Virus record (IMG/VR): IMGVR_UViG_3300032219_002227
Location: 32,001 to 96,000 of that record
Length of the DNA stretch: 64,000 bases
Strand: one strand, 5' to 3'
From: a virus
Lineage: Duplodnaviria; Caudoviricetes
Below the pieces are notes generated by a model. That model had not been told where the DNA came from and did no database searches. It saw nothing but the letters and a program-made list of their open reading frames with translations. This document shows, one piece after another, positions 1 through 11,158 of the stretch. A program made the translations under genes and the position numbers. The first letter of the stretch is position 1. The number at the start of each line of letters is the position of its first letter.

Positions 1-2
1 TA

Positions 3-272
3 GCTTCATTTAATAGCACAGCTGGAGAAATTGCTTACGGCGTTAGTAAAATTGCAAATAAACCGGTTATTGAGTATGAAACTGATCCAACAAATATAGT
101 TAATTCTAAATTACAAACTAAAAGTTATAATTTTTCTATTGATTGTTCTAAATTTAAAAATACTTTTAATTTTGAATTTAAAGAAACAATAGAAAGTATT
201 ACAAAAGGATTAGTAGATAATTTTAATAATATAATTTTTACATCAAGAAATCAATTTAAAGATTATGAATAG
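3..272 (+). CDS. 3' end of probable NAD-dependent epimerase/dehydratase (5'-truncated by window)
   Basis: Open frame from position 3 (ASFNSTAGEIA...SYNFSIDCSKFKNTFNFEF...DYE*); resembles an extended-SDR C-terminus; overlaps next start. Confidence 0.55.
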   Translation, partial: ASFNSTAGEIAYGVSKIANKPVIEYETDPTNIVNSKLQTKSYNFSIDCSKFKNTFNFEFKETIESITKGLVDNFNNIIFTSRNQFKDYE

Positions 273-1503
273 TGAATTTCAAGTATCATACATTGAAAAC
301 AAAAAATGTTTTTGTTGTGGTAATAATAATTTAAAAACAATATTAGATTTAGGAAATCAACCATTAGCAAATGATTATCATAGTAATTTAACATTACAGG
401 AAGAATATCCATTAAGATTAAATTTATGTGATAAATGTTTTCATTTACAGTTAAGTCATACAGTTAACCCAGATTTAATGTTTAAACATTATCTGTATGT
501 AAGTGGTACAACACAAACATTGAGAGATTATTTTGATATGTTTGCTAAAAAAACATTAGAATATAATCCTAAAGCTAAAAATATATTAGATATTGCTTCT
601 AATGATGGAACTCAACTCGATTCTTATAAAAAACTAGGATTAACTACCTACGGTATCGATCCGGCTGAGAATTTATATGATGATGCTGTAGCTAAAGGTC
701 ATAATGTTATATGTGATTACTTTAATATGGGTAATATTGATAGATTTAATGATACTAAATTTGATATTATTACTGCTCAAAATGTATTTGCTCATAATAA
801 GTACACAGTTGATTTTCTTAGATCATGTAATGCTGTAATGAATGATGAATCAGTATTGTTTATACAAACATCACAAGCAAATATGGTGTTAAATAATGAA
901 TTCGATACTATATATCATGAGCATTTATCTTTCTTTAATACTAAATCAATGAAAACATTAGTTGAAAGATGTGGTTTAGTATTGAGTGATGTATTTAAAA
1001 CAGATATACATGGTACTAGTTATGTATTTGTAATTACTAAAAAAGATTTAGGTAGAACTGGAGTACAAGAAATGTTAGAATTTGAACAAAAGAATGGTTT
1101 ATATGATGTTTTAACATATCCTCAATATGCTTTAAAATGTTACAAAGCAACTCATGATTTAAAGAATAAATTACAGGAGCTTAAAAACGAAGGATATATT
1201 TTAGTTGGATATGGAGCTGCTGCTAAAGGTAATACATTACTTAATTTTGGAAAAATTGAATTGGATGTCATTATAGATGATAACCCATTAAAACAAAATC
1301 TATACACCCCAGGAATAAATATTCCTATTCAAAGCTCTGAATACTTGGTAAATTCACTTTCATTAGTTGAAGGCAAAGTAGCTTTTATACCTTTAGCTTG
1401 GAACTTTTATACTGAGATTAAATCACGTATTAAAGCAAAAAGAGATAATCCAAACGATCTATTTATTAAATATTTTCCAACACTAGAAGTAAATGAAGGT
1501 TAA
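265..1503 (+). CDS. NDP-hexose C-methyltransferase (Zn-binding N-domain + SAM domain + C-terminal domain)
   Basis: CFCCG...LDLGNQPLAND, CDKC, DIASNDGT, NVFAH, FDTIYHEH, GYGAAAKGNTLLN are typical of sugar C3-methyltransferases. Confidence 0.9.
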   Translation: MNSEFQVSYIENKKCFCCGNNNLKTILDLGNQPLANDYHSNLTLQEEYPLRLNLCDKCFHLQLSHTVNPDLMFKHYLYVSGTTQTLRDYFDMFAKKTLEYNPKAKNILDIASNDGTQLDSYKKLGLTTYGIDPAENLYDDAVAKGHNVICDYFNMGNIDRFNDTKFDIITAQNVFAHNKYTVDFLRSCNAVMNDESVLFIQTSQANMVLNNEFDTIYHEHLSFFNTKSMKTLVERCGLVLSDVFKTDIHGTSYVFVITKKDLGRTGVQEMLEFEQKNGLYDVLTYPQYALKCYKATHDLKNKLQELKNEGYILVGYGAAAKGNTLLNFGKIELDVIIDDNPLKQNLYTPGINIPIQSSEYLVNSLSLVEGKVAFIPLAWNFYTEIKSRIKAKRDNPNDLFIKYFPTLEVNEG

Positions 1504-2407
1504 AATATCATATCATATAATGCCGTATGAAATAGACTATGCTCTACTATCATACATGCAATTAAAAAAATCAAGATACCATATCCCAGATAATATAGAT
1601 ATTGAGATAGATACTATAATGAATTGTTCTAATTATCTAATTGACTGGGATAAAACAATATTGCCTAAACAATTCTTTATTCAAAAATTTAATGATTTAA
1701 ATGTATTGCTTAAAGACTATACTGTTAATCCTAAAATATATGAAGGAGATGAGTGTTATGGTCTTTTAGATATACAACGTGAATCATATTGTGGAGCAGA
1801 TTATTATATTAATATCACTCCTGATATGTACTTTAGTGAACATCTACTAGCTCTAATGCTAGAGTCTACCAAACTAATCAAAAACAAATACTATGTAGTT
1901 ACTCCAGAAATTCATAAAATGTGGGATAATACCTGGGATGAAATTACTAATCAGAGGTATATGGATGTACCTTATGCAGAATGGAATAATACAGATGTAT
2001 TTGAGATTAGGCATAATATGAAAATGGATAACGATGATATTAGATTGGAACCAACACAACGTAGTAAATGGGCTTGGTGGTTAGATTTATATAACAGAGC
2101 ATTTTATGAAGATTTTGCTCCTGTTCAAGATGATTGGTATGGATATGGTCCTTGGGATTGGTGGTCGCTTATGTTAACAGAATATGCTAAAGCAAGAGGT
2201 GCTGATTTCCAAGAATATGTTTTAAGAGGTCAAACTATATTTGAATATCCAATTGGTTCTTTAAAAGGAAAAGGATTCGTTTCTTATCATAAAGATTTTA
2301 TGCACATGAGAGGAAACGCCCCACAACAAAGGCAGCGATTTGAATCTAATATGCAATTATATTTAGAAAGAGGAATTAAACATTTACAACAAAAAGGAAT
2401 AATATGA
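1493..2407 (+). CDS. Hypothetical protein, possible glycosyltransferase
   Basis: GT-A-like layout (ITPDMYF, YGYGPWD); inside sugar cluster. Confidence 0.4.
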   Translation: MKVKISYHIMPYEIDYALLSYMQLKKSRYHIPDNIDIEIDTIMNCSNYLIDWDKTILPKQFFIQKFNDLNVLLKDYTVNPKIYEGDECYGLLDIQRESYCGADYYINITPDMYFSEHLLALMLESTKLIKNKYYVVTPEIHKMWDNTWDEITNQRYMDVPYAEWNNTDVFEIRHNMKMDNDDIRLEPTQRSKWAWWLDLYNRAFYEDFAPVQDDWYGYGPWDWWSLMLTEYAKARGADFQEYVLRGQTIFEYPIGSLKGKGFVSYHKDFMHMRGNAPQQRQRFESNMQLYLERGIKHLQQKGII

Positions 2408-2748
2408 ATTATAAAGAACAACGTCCCTGGGGGGAATTTGAAAATTTACTAGATAGTGATCTCTGCAAAGTAAAACAAATCATTATTAAACCAGGACAAG
2501 CTCCTAGCTATCAATATCATTTTAAAAGAAGTGAAATATGGGTTGTAGTTCAAGGAATTGGAGAATTAAAACTAAATGATAATATGATTCCTGTAGAAAA
2601 GGGATACGTATTTTACATTGAAAAAGAAGCAAAACATCAAGTAAAAAATACAGGTACTGAAGATCTTATTTTTATTGAAATTCAACTTGGTGAATATTTT
2701 GGCGAAGATGATATCGTACGTTTAGAAGATAATTATGGGAGACTATAA
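2404..2748 (+). CDS. Cupin, mannose-6-phosphate isomerase type II C-terminal-like
   Basis: RPWG, SYQYHFKRSEIW, IEIQLGEYFGEDDIVRLED. Confidence 0.9.
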   Translation: MNYKEQRPWGEFENLLDSDLCKVKQIIIKPGQAPSYQYHFKRSEIWVVVQGIGELKLNDNMIPVEKGYVFYIEKEAKHQVKNTGTEDLIFIEIQLGEYFGEDDIVRLEDNYGRL

Positions 2749-4294
2749 AGTATTAATAACAACAAGCGGATTAGGAAGTAGATTAGGTAACTTAACTGAC
2801 TATACTAATAAGGCTTTAATAAGAGTAGCAGATAAACCTGCTATTTCTTATATTATAGAATCATATCCATCTGATATTGAATTTGTAATAACATTAGGTC
2901 ATTTTGGATCTCATGTAAAGCAATTTTTAGAATTAGCATATCCAAATCATAAATTCACCTTTGTAGAAATAGATAAATATAAAGGTGAAGGTAGTAGTCT
3001 AGGTTATTCTATACTACAATGTAAACACAAAATCAATTGTCCTTTTATATTCCATGCCTCAGATACAATTGTAAAAGATTTTAAAACACCAAATTTAAAC
3101 ACTAACTGGGTAGCAGGTAATTATAAAGAAGATTCATCTCAATATAGAACTCTTAATCTTAGTGATGGTAAACTAATTAAAATAAATGAAAAAGGAGAAT
3201 TGGGACATTATTTTTCATACATTGGACTAGCAGGTATAAAAGATTTTGAATTATTCTTTTACAATTTAGAAAAATTAGTATATGGTGATTATAAAGATAT
3301 TTCTGATGTACATGCTATAAATAATATGTTATCTGAAGTGGATTTTTATTATAAAGAAGTTAATTATGGTAAATGGTTTGATATAGGAAATACTTCTGAA
3401 TTAGTTAAAACTAGAAAGAAATTTAGTTCAAGTATAGATGTTTTAGATAAGAAAGATGAATCAATATTTTTCTTTGATGATTTTGTAATTAAATTTTTCT
3501 ATGACAAAAATATTAGTAAAAATAGAGTTATACGAGCTAATAATTTAAAAGGATTAGTTCCTGAGATTATAGGTTCAACTGAAAATTTTTACAAATATAA
3601 AAAAGCAGAAGGTAAATTATTTTCTAAATCTGTAAATAGAAATAAGTTTATAAATTTTCTAGATTGGGCTCAAAATAATCTTTGGATTAATAAAGAAGAT
3701 ACTGATTTTAAATCTAAATGTTACGACTTCTATATTACTAAAACTAAAAAACGCATCCAACAATATCTAAATAACACCCCAGATAAAGCAGAGTATATAA
3801 ATGGAGAAAAAATTCCATCATTAGATGAAATGTTAAACCAAATAGATATTGACTGGTTATGCAATGGTCTTCCATCTCAGTTTCATGGTGATTTTATTTT
3901 GGACAATATAATAGAAACAAAAGACGGATTTAAATTAATAGATTGGAGACAAGATTTTGCAGGTGATTTAGAAGTAGGAGATGTTTATTATGATTTAGCT
4001 AAATTAAATCATAATCTAGCTATTAATCATGATATAGTAAATAAGAATTTATTTAATCATTCAAAGAAGGATTGTTATATTTTAATAAACAGTAAATTAA
4101 ATGAATGTAAAGGAGTATTATATAATTTTATACAAGAAAATGGATATGATCTTGTAAAAGTAAAAATTCTTACATCTATTATCTGGATTAATATGGCTCC
4201 CTTACATGAATACCCATTTAATGACTTTTTATTCAGCTTTGGAAAATACAATTTACATAAAAATTTAAAATTATGGAACCAAAATACTTTATAG
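2735..4294 (+). CDS. Nucleotidyltransferase fused to APH/choline-kinase-like phosphotransferase
   Basis: N-term SGLGSRL..LT...NK and WFDIGN; C-term HGDFILDNI and LIDWR kinase motifs. Confidence 0.85.
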   Translation: MGDYKVLITTSGLGSRLGNLTDYTNKALIRVADKPAISYIIESYPSDIEFVITLGHFGSHVKQFLELAYPNHKFTFVEIDKYKGEGSSLGYSILQCKHKINCPFIFHASDTIVKDFKTPNLNTNWVAGNYKEDSSQYRTLNLSDGKLIKINEKGELGHYFSYIGLAGIKDFELFFYNLEKLVYGDYKDISDVHAINNMLSEVDFYYKEVNYGKWFDIGNTSELVKTRKKFSSSIDVLDKKDESIFFFDDFVIKFFYDKNISKNRVIRANNLKGLVPEIIGSTENFYKYKKAEGKLFSKSVNRNKFINFLDWAQNNLWINKEDTDFKSKCYDFYITKTKKRIQQYLNNTPDKAEYINGEKIPSLDEMLNQIDIDWLCNGLPSQFHGDFILDNIIETKDGFKLIDWRQDFAGDLEVGDVYYDLAKLNHNLAINHDIVNKNLFNHSKKDCYILINSKLNECKGVLYNFIQENGYDLVKVKILTSIIWINMAPLHEYPFNDFLFSFGKYNLHKNLKLWNQNTL

Positions 4295-5232
4295 GTCCGA
4301 TGTCTAAAAACATTGTTGATGCTATAGTTGATTTTTGTGAAGAAACCAATCACAAAATAGGATTAATCCCCTCTCGCCGCCAAGTAGAATGGAATGGAGG
4401 GTATGTAAACAACTGGACTACAGAAGAATTCAGCAAATATAGTAATCTTATTAAACAAAGAGATCATTCAGGTCCAGGACAAGGTACTTATGATGATAAT
4501 GGTTATGAATCACTTAAATATGATTGCCAATATCTAGATCTCATTCATATAGATCCTTGGAAAAAATATCCATTATTTATTTCTGGATTACAAGAAACAA
4601 TTAAAATGATTAAGTTTTGTTATGAATTAAATCCAAACATTCAATATGAAGTAGGAACTGAAGAAGCTATTAGAAGGTTTGAACCATATGAATTAGCAGA
4701 TTTAATGCATCAATTACAATATCAATTATTACCTGAAGTATATAAACAAATAAAATATCTAGTAATACAATCCGGTACATCTTTAAAAGGAATTAATCAA
4801 ACTGGAACATATGATTCAAATAGATTGAATGATATGATAGGTGTTTGTAAACAATTTAATGTTTTATCTAAAGAACATAATGGTGATTATATACCTGTAT
4901 CAACTATAAAAGAAAAATTTAATTTAGGTTTAGATGCAATTAATATAGCACCTGAGTTTGGAGTTATAGAAACTCAAACTTATCTTAATAATACAGTAGA
5001 CGATAAATTATTTGATCGTTTTTGGCAAATATGTTATGATTCTAGAAAATGGGAAAAATGGGTTAATCCCGGATTTGATCCTTACTTAAATAAAAAAGAA
5101 TTAATTAAAATATGTGGTCATTATGTTTTATCTTATCCTGAATTTATAAATGATATTAAATCTCATTTCTTGGATATAGATGAACAAGTAAAAACTAATG
5201 TAAAAAATAAATTAAATCAACTATATGAATAA
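4273..5232 (+). CDS. GatZ/KbaZ-like TIM-barrel (tagatose-bisphosphate aldolase non-catalytic/sugar-phosphate epimerase family)
   Basis: SRRQVE..GGY, RDHSGPG, IHIDP, YEVGTEE, KEHNGDY, INIAPEFG. Confidence 0.75.
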   Translation: MEPKYFIGPMSKNIVDAIVDFCEETNHKIGLIPSRRQVEWNGGYVNNWTTEEFSKYSNLIKQRDHSGPGQGTYDDNGYESLKYDCQYLDLIHIDPWKKYPLFISGLQETIKMIKFCYELNPNIQYEVGTEEAIRRFEPYELADLMHQLQYQLLPEVYKQIKYLVIQSGTSLKGINQTGTYDSNRLNDMIGVCKQFNVLSKEHNGDYIPVSTIKEKFNLGLDAINIAPEFGVIETQTYLNNTVDDKLFDRFWQICYDSRKWEKWVNPGFDPYLNKKELIKICGHYVLSYPEFINDIKSHFLDIDEQVKTNVKNKLNQLYE

Positions 5233-6373
5233 GCTTCCCTGTATAAATAGAGATAAAAGTGTTATCACTCAACTAGATAACCTTGAACATCTCTATACAT
5301 TCCCTAATTTTCCAGTGTTTTTTGGATGTACAAACGAACCAGAAGAAAAAGATATGCATGCTGACATGATTTGGAAAATAGATCCTGTTACAGGAATTAT
5401 TCAGCTTTCTGAATTAGTTCCACTTGATATTTTATATATGGAACAGCATGTTGATGCTACAGGTCCTACTTGGGATAGATTTAATAATGCTTTTGCTGAT
5501 TATGTAGTAAAAAATAGAAAAGGAAATATACTTGAAATAGGTGGCGGTAGTGGAAAATTAGCTAAAATAGTATTAAGTAAAGAAAATAATATTACTTATA
5601 CTGTAATTGAACCAAATCCGTTATTTGAAGAAACAGATAATTTAAAAGTATTAAAAGGTTTCTTTTCAAAAGAATTTAAAAATCAATTTGATGAAAACAA
5701 TACAGTAATGTTTTCTCAAGTTTTTGAACACGCGTACGAACCAGAAGAATTCCTAAATGAAATTAGTGAATTTCTTCCAATTGGAGGAACATTAGTATTT
5801 GCTTATCCTAATTTAGAACATTGGTTTAAAAGTAAATTTACTAATACTATTAATTTTGAACATACTATGCTTTTAACTGATTATTATGTAGATTATTTTC
5901 TTGCAAAAACTGGATTTGAAATTATTGAAAAAATAGACTATGAAAAACATAGTCATTTCTATACAGTTAGAAAAGTACAAGATAAATCAAATACAAAAAA
6001 TCCAATTTTATATAGTAGATATCATCATTATAAACAGTTATTTAAAGAATATATAGAATATTATCAAAATTTAGTTCAACAAATTAATGAACAAATACAA
6101 AATACTGATTCTGATGTATTCTTATTTGGTGGACATATTTTCTCACAATATTTAATTGGTTTTGGTTTAGATACATCTCGTATTACTTGTATACTAGATA
6201 ATAGTCCTCTTAAACAAGGAAAAAGACTTTATGGCTCTAATTTAAAAGTTGAAAGTTCTAAAATCTTATCTAATTATGATAAACCATTAGTTATTCTTAA
6301 AGCAGGATTATATAATGAAGAAATTATTAACGACATTCATAGTAATATAAATCCTAATACTTTATTTGTATGA
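5225..6373 (+). CDS. Class I SAM-dependent methyltransferase
   Basis: ILEIGGGSG, QVFEH, FEH; C-terminal LDNSPLKQG as in sugar C-methyltransferases. Confidence 0.8.
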   Translation: MNKLPCINRDKSVITQLDNLEHLYTFPNFPVFFGCTNEPEEKDMHADMIWKIDPVTGIIQLSELVPLDILYMEQHVDATGPTWDRFNNAFADYVVKNRKGNILEIGGGSGKLAKIVLSKENNITYTVIEPNPLFEETDNLKVLKGFFSKEFKNQFDENNTVMFSQVFEHAYEPEEFLNEISEFLPIGGTLVFAYPNLEHWFKSKFTNTINFEHTMLLTDYYVDYFLAKTGFEIIEKIDYEKHSHFYTVRKVQDKSNTKNPILYSRYHHYKQLFKEYIEYYQNLVQQINEQIQNTDSDVFLFGGHIFSQYLIGFGLDTSRITCILDNSPLKQGKRLYGSNLKVESSKILSNYDKPLVILKAGLYNEEIINDIHSNINPNTLFV

Positions 6374-6732
6374 TAGAAATTAGACCAAAAACAATTTTTT
6401 GTGACATTGATGGAACTTTAGTTAAACATGATCCTCCATCTTTAACTTCTAAACCTGACTATAAAATGGAGGTATTAGAAGGGACTATTGAAAAACTACT
6501 TGAATGGGATAAAAAAGGGTATAATATTATCTTAACTACAGGCCGAAAAGAAAGTTTAAGAACAGTTACTGAAAAACAATTATCTGAAGCTGGTATATTT
6601 TACAATTGTCTCCTAATGGGAATTGGAGGTGGAGCTCGTTATCTAATTAATGATAAAAAACCAGAAGGAACAGAAGCAGCATTTGTTTATAATATTGTTA
6701 GAAATAAAGGAATAAAAGATTTAGATATATAA
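6370..6732 (+). CDS. HAD-family phosphatase
   Basis: DIDGT, TTGR, INDK motifs. Confidence 0.85.
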   Translation: MIEIRPKTIFCDIDGTLVKHDPPSLTSKPDYKMEVLEGTIEKLLEWDKKGYNIILTTGRKESLRTVTEKQLSEAGIFYNCLLMGIGGGARYLINDKKPEGTEAAFVYNIVRNKGIKDLDI

Positions 6733-6734
6733 CC

Positions 6735-7946
6735 ATGGTTTTAGTATTTAATATATACATAACAGATCAATCATCAAATGGAGGAACGTGGGCTCAATCT
6801 GGGACTAGACAAGATAGAGGAAATCTTCCTAATTATAATAAATTAGATATCTTAAAATATTGCCTATCTAGTTTAGCTGTAGCTTATCCTTGGAAAAGAG
6901 CTATTATTAATGCTGAACTAGATGGTCCTTATAAGACAGAACAAAATTTAAAAGAATTAGAAGAGTATGTTAAAAATGAATTTAAAAATACAGATTTAAT
7001 ATATTCTCCAAAAAGAAATATCCATCAAGGAGATTGGGTTAATACATATGAATTAATAAATGATGATTTAATTTTATTTCAATGTAACCATGATCATATA
7101 TTCATAGATAGCTCTACAGATTATATCCAGCAATTAGCCTCATTATACAATAAGTATCCTAATAATTTCTATATTGCTCTTTCACATCTTCCAGAACATT
7201 TAAGAATGTCAAAATGTGGATACATTGATATATCTCGTGGAGAAACAACTCCAAATTCTCCTTGGATAGATGTAAAAGTAGAAGATAACCATATTTGTAT
7301 AACTAGAGAAAGTTTTGATAGTATGGCTATAATGTCAAAACAAGTATATGAAAATTGGTTTTTAGATGGATATTGGGATAATCTTAAATTTCCACCTAAT
7401 ACTTTTAAAACAGGAAAAGTTGAATTAGGTAGAGCTGAAGGAGCAGGAGTTATTGGATTAGGAGAAATAAAAAGGTATCTTCATCTTCCTATTTTAAATT
7501 TAAATCATATAGTTCCTTTCCGAGAATTATTTAGACATTTTGATGGATATTTTCACCAATTTATTTCCACTAATCAATGTCCTGCTTTGGATATACCAGT
7601 TGGATTTTTTGAAAATGATATTAAAATAAGATATGGATATGATGATTATAAAGAAGGATGGATAAATATTAATCCAAAAAATTCAAATTATTATGCTCAT
7701 GATATCACAGGGGCTGATTACAAATTTACATTACATGATCTGCCTTTAGTTTGGAAATCCAAAATATCTACTATAGATTCAAACTCACAAATAGATGAAG
7801 AAGAAATGATTCAATATAGACTAAAATCAGTTCTAGAAATGATCTATAATAGTCAATATTATAATCCATATATTGATGAAGAACTTCAAAATAAAGTATT
7901 AGAACATTATTTATTTTCTTATCCAAATTATAAATTATCAAAATGA
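6735..7946 (+). CDS. Hypothetical protein, possible glycosyltransferase
   Basis: 403-aa ORF with NHDHIFID and RHFDGY; sugar-cluster context. Confidence 0.45.
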   Translation: MVLVFNIYITDQSSNGGTWAQSGTRQDRGNLPNYNKLDILKYCLSSLAVAYPWKRAIINAELDGPYKTEQNLKELEEYVKNEFKNTDLIYSPKRNIHQGDWVNTYELINDDLILFQCNHDHIFIDSSTDYIQQLASLYNKYPNNFYIALSHLPEHLRMSKCGYIDISRGETTPNSPWIDVKVEDNHICITRESFDSMAIMSKQVYENWFLDGYWDNLKFPPNTFKTGKVELGRAEGAGVIGLGEIKRYLHLPILNLNHIVPFRELFRHFDGYFHQFISTNQCPALDIPVGFFENDIKIRYGYDDYKEGWININPKNSNYYAHDITGADYKFTLHDLPLVWKSKISTIDSNSQIDEEEMIQYRLKSVLEMIYNSQYYNPYIDEELQNKVLEHYLFSYPNYKLSK

Positions 7947-8860
7947 AAAAAATAACAATCAAAGACATAGAAGATGTTGTTGGTTTTAGTATTAGTAATG
8001 ATTGTAAAAAATTAATTGAATCTTTTGATTTAACTTACAGAGAATTAACTAAAGAAGAACGTGATAGTGTTATTTTAAATATAATCAATGTAGTAAATGA
8101 TGATATCGAATATGCTGGAAAACATAGGTTAGAAAAATGGGAGAAGGGATGGTATGAAAATTTTGAATTACTTAAACAAACTAAAGATGTTAACAGTTTA
8201 ATTCCTAAATATTTTAATAAACATAATATTGCTCGTTGGAAAGGAGATTTTATTAAATGTGAAACAGAATATTTTGATTATAAATTACATATTATCTTAG
8301 TTGATGCTATTCTACATCATTATGTAGGGACCAATTATAATAATCTATATGAATTTGGTTGTGGTCCTGCTTATCATCTATTACGTTTTGGAAATTTTAA
8401 TTCTGATATTAACTTAGTAGGATTAGATTGGGCTGTTGCTTCACAAAATATTATAAAAGAAATTAATGAATTAGGAATTAATAATAAAATTACCGGATAT
8501 AATTTTGACTATTTTAAACCTGATCATAACATTGAAATTGCTCCTAACTCAGCAATATTTACTTGTGCCTCATTAGAACAAATAGGAGACAATTATAAAG
8601 ATTTTGTAGATTATCTTATAGCTAAAAAACCAGAAGTATGTATTCACTTTGAACCCTCTTCTGAATTGTTAGATAAAGATAGTTTAGTAGATAAGCTTTC
8701 AATATTATATTTTAATAAGAGAAAATATCTTAATGGATATCTTACTTATTTAAAAAGTTTAGAAGAACAAGGAATCATTGAAGTATTTAGTCAAAGACTA
8801 TATGGTGGTTCTTATTTTATTGAAGGATATCCTTTAATCATTTGGAAAATAAAAAAATAA
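7943..8860 (+). CDS. SAM-dependent methyltransferase
   Basis: YEFGCGPAYHL, GLDW, SLEQ. Confidence 0.75.
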   Translation: MKKITIKDIEDVVGFSISNDCKKLIESFDLTYRELTKEERDSVILNIINVVNDDIEYAGKHRLEKWEKGWYENFELLKQTKDVNSLIPKYFNKHNIARWKGDFIKCETEYFDYKLHIILVDAILHHYVGTNYNNLYEFGCGPAYHLLRFGNFNSDINLVGLDWAVASQNIIKEINELGINNKITGYNFDYFKPDHNIEIAPNSAIFTCASLEQIGDNYKDFVDYLIAKKPEVCIHFEPSSELLDKDSLVDKLSILYFNKRKYLNGYLTYLKSLEEQGIIEVFSQRLYGGSYFIEGYPLIIWKIKK

Positions 8861-8864
8861 TAAT

Positions 8865-9746
8865 ATGAATAATTTAATTGAAACAAGAAAAAAAGTATAT
8901 GAAAGTTTTCCTAAAGAAAATTTAAGCGCAGATTCCTCTGGTATTGTGTTGTTTTATGACATTAACGATAATGATTATAAAGCATTAACTAAGGCAACTC
9001 AAAACTTTCTATGTAAATCTTTATCATTAGTACATGGAAGAGAATTTGTATGGACTGATACTTTTTTAGAAGATCATGATGATTTAATTCAAGAGTTACC
9101 TAATAAAACTCCTAATGGTGTTGTTAATCCTAAAAAAGAAACAATAAATGAATTTATTGAAATTCAAAAAGCAGTAAATAATATTTTTAAAAATTTAGGT
9201 GTATATAAACATATTAAAAAATTAGCTATTCCTAATATTAGGTATAAAAGCACTAAAGAACCAGAAGGAGCTAAAAATCGTCCTTATTACACAAGTAAAA
9301 TACATTCTGATGCTTGGGTAGGTCATAAAGGTGATTCAATTTTTCTAATTGGTGTTTTAGGTGATATTGATAATAATACAGTAGAATTTAATGAACCTAT
9401 TGGAGCTCATGATAATTATCTTCATAAAGCTGAAAGTTTTGATGAGGGAAACACTAGATATGAATCACTTAAATATTTAGGTTTACTAACAAAACAAAAA
9501 TTAGGTGTTATGGATCATGCATGTGCTCATAGAACTCTAGTAAAAGAAAATAGTAAACCTCGCGTATCTTTAGATATTGCTGTATTAGTTGATAGTGAAT
9601 ATTCTCATGCTAATGATGAAGGATTTGATGAAAAAGCATATGCATATTACAATACAGATGTTATTAAATCTATTGGTATTACTATGAATTATCAAGTTGA
9701 TGAATCAATCTTTAATTCAACAACTACTAAAATTACAGTTTCCTAA
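8865..9746 (+). CDS. Putative Fe(II)/2-oxoglutarate-type dioxygenase (double-stranded beta-helix)
   Basis: HSD (HxD) ... H ... RVSLD facial-triad pattern. Confidence 0.55.
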   Translation: MNNLIETRKKVYESFPKENLSADSSGIVLFYDINDNDYKALTKATQNFLCKSLSLVHGREFVWTDTFLEDHDDLIQELPNKTPNGVVNPKKETINEFIEIQKAVNNIFKNLGVYKHIKKLAIPNIRYKSTKEPEGAKNRPYYTSKIHSDAWVGHKGDSIFLIGVLGDIDNNTVEFNEPIGAHDNYLHKAESFDEGNTRYESLKYLGLLTKQKLGVMDHACAHRTLVKENSKPRVSLDIAVLVDSEYSHANDEGFDEKAYAYYNTDVIKSIGITMNYQVDESIFNSTTTKITVS

Positions 9747-10639
9747 TGCTAAAAATATTCTCTAATTTTAGAAATCCAGATACTGATCCTTTATTTGAAT
9801 ATATTAGAGGAAAATATAATGATAAACCTATCACTATATTTTATGAAAAATTTCCTAATTCAAAAGAAGAATTAGAAATAAACCCTTATAATTTTCTTAT
9901 TCTATTAGAACCAAATGAATTTTTTGGACTACATAGCGCAGCTATATCAAATCAACATTTATTTACTGGGATTATTGCTTGGAGTGATCTAATCCATCAG
10001 AATTGTTTTAATGCTATTAAATTTAATTTTAATGGTAGAGTATTAGATAAGGATTTTTGTAATGAAATAGAAAATATAGAAAAAATATTTGAAGTATCTT
10101 TTCTATGTGGAGATAAAAATTTAGTAGAAGGACATAAATTAAGACATAAGGTACATGAATTAGAATCTCAAATATTAATACCTAAAAAATGGTATTATGT
10201 TTTGGATGATTATGATTTAACTACTAATACACGTCCTGGTTATTCTGATTATACTAAGGATTTATCCCATATTCCTAAAGGGGTAGATATAATTGGATAT
10301 GGAAAACGAGTATTATTTAAAGAATCTATGTTCAATATTGTTATAGAAAATGTTAAACATACTAATTGGTATAATAAAATTGGAGATAACTTTTTATCTA
10401 AGACAGTTCCTATCTATTGGGGTTGCCCTAATATTGAAGATTTTGGATATGATAAAAGAGGTATTATAATGTTTGAAAATGAAAAAGAACTATTATCAAT
10501 CATAAACTCACTTACTCCAGAAAAATATAAGGAAATGAAACCTTATATAGATTATAATTATGAGGTAGCTAAGTTAGATGATTTAGAAGATAGAATAAGT
10601 GAAATCTTTGATAGCTTCACCCAACTAAATAACCTATGA
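9746..10639 (+). CDS. Glycosyltransferase family 10 (fucosyltransferase)-like
   Basis: FNIVIEN...KI.D.FL..TVPIYWGCPNI. Confidence 0.75.
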   Translation: MLKIFSNFRNPDTDPLFEYIRGKYNDKPITIFYEKFPNSKEELEINPYNFLILLEPNEFFGLHSAAISNQHLFTGIIAWSDLIHQNCFNAIKFNFNGRVLDKDFCNEIENIEKIFEVSFLCGDKNLVEGHKLRHKVHELESQILIPKKWYYVLDDYDLTTNTRPGYSDYTKDLSHIPKGVDIIGYGKRVLFKESMFNIVIENVKHTNWYNKIGDNFLSKTVPIYWGCPNIEDFGYDKRGIIMFENEKELLSIINSLTPEKYKEMKPYIDYNYEVAKLDDLEDRISEIFDSFTQLNNL

Positions 10640-11112
10640 TACTCCCAGAAGTAAAAATATACCAACCTGATTCATTTGAAGATTATAGAGGAGAATTATA
10701 TACTTTATTTAAACAGGAAGAGCATGAATTAGTTTTTAACCATGATAAAGTATCTGTTTCAAGACAAAATGTGTTAAGAGGAATGCATGGTGATTCTAAA
10801 TCATGGAAATTAATTACCTGTTTAAGTGGTGTTGTATATTTAGTTGTTATAGATAATAGACCTGAATCTTTAAATTATTTAAAATGGGATAGTATAGTAT
10901 TAAGTGAAACTAATAGAAAGCAAGTATTAGTACCTCCTATGTTTGCTAATGGTCATTTAGTATTAAGTTCCCAAGCTACATTCTTTTATAAATGGTCCTA
11001 TCTAGGAGATTATCCAGATGTTAAAGATCAATTTACATTAAAATGGAATGATCCTAAAATTAATATACATTGGCCTATAGACAATCCTATATTATCAAAT
11101 CGAGATAAATGA
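10636..11112 (+). CDS. rmlC: dTDP-4-dehydrorhamnose 3,5-epimerase family
   Basis: FEDYRG, VLRGMH, FANGH, WNDP.I.I.WP..NPILS.RD. Confidence 0.9.
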   Translation: MILPEVKIYQPDSFEDYRGELYTLFKQEEHELVFNHDKVSVSRQNVLRGMHGDSKSWKLITCLSGVVYLVVIDNRPESLNYLKWDSIVLSETNRKQVLVPPMFANGHLVLSSQATFFYKWSYLGDYPDVKDQFTLKWNDPKINIHWPIDNPILSNRDK

Positions 11113-11158
11113 TTTGGATATTTAAAATAATTTAATTATATTCATAAAAATAAAACAA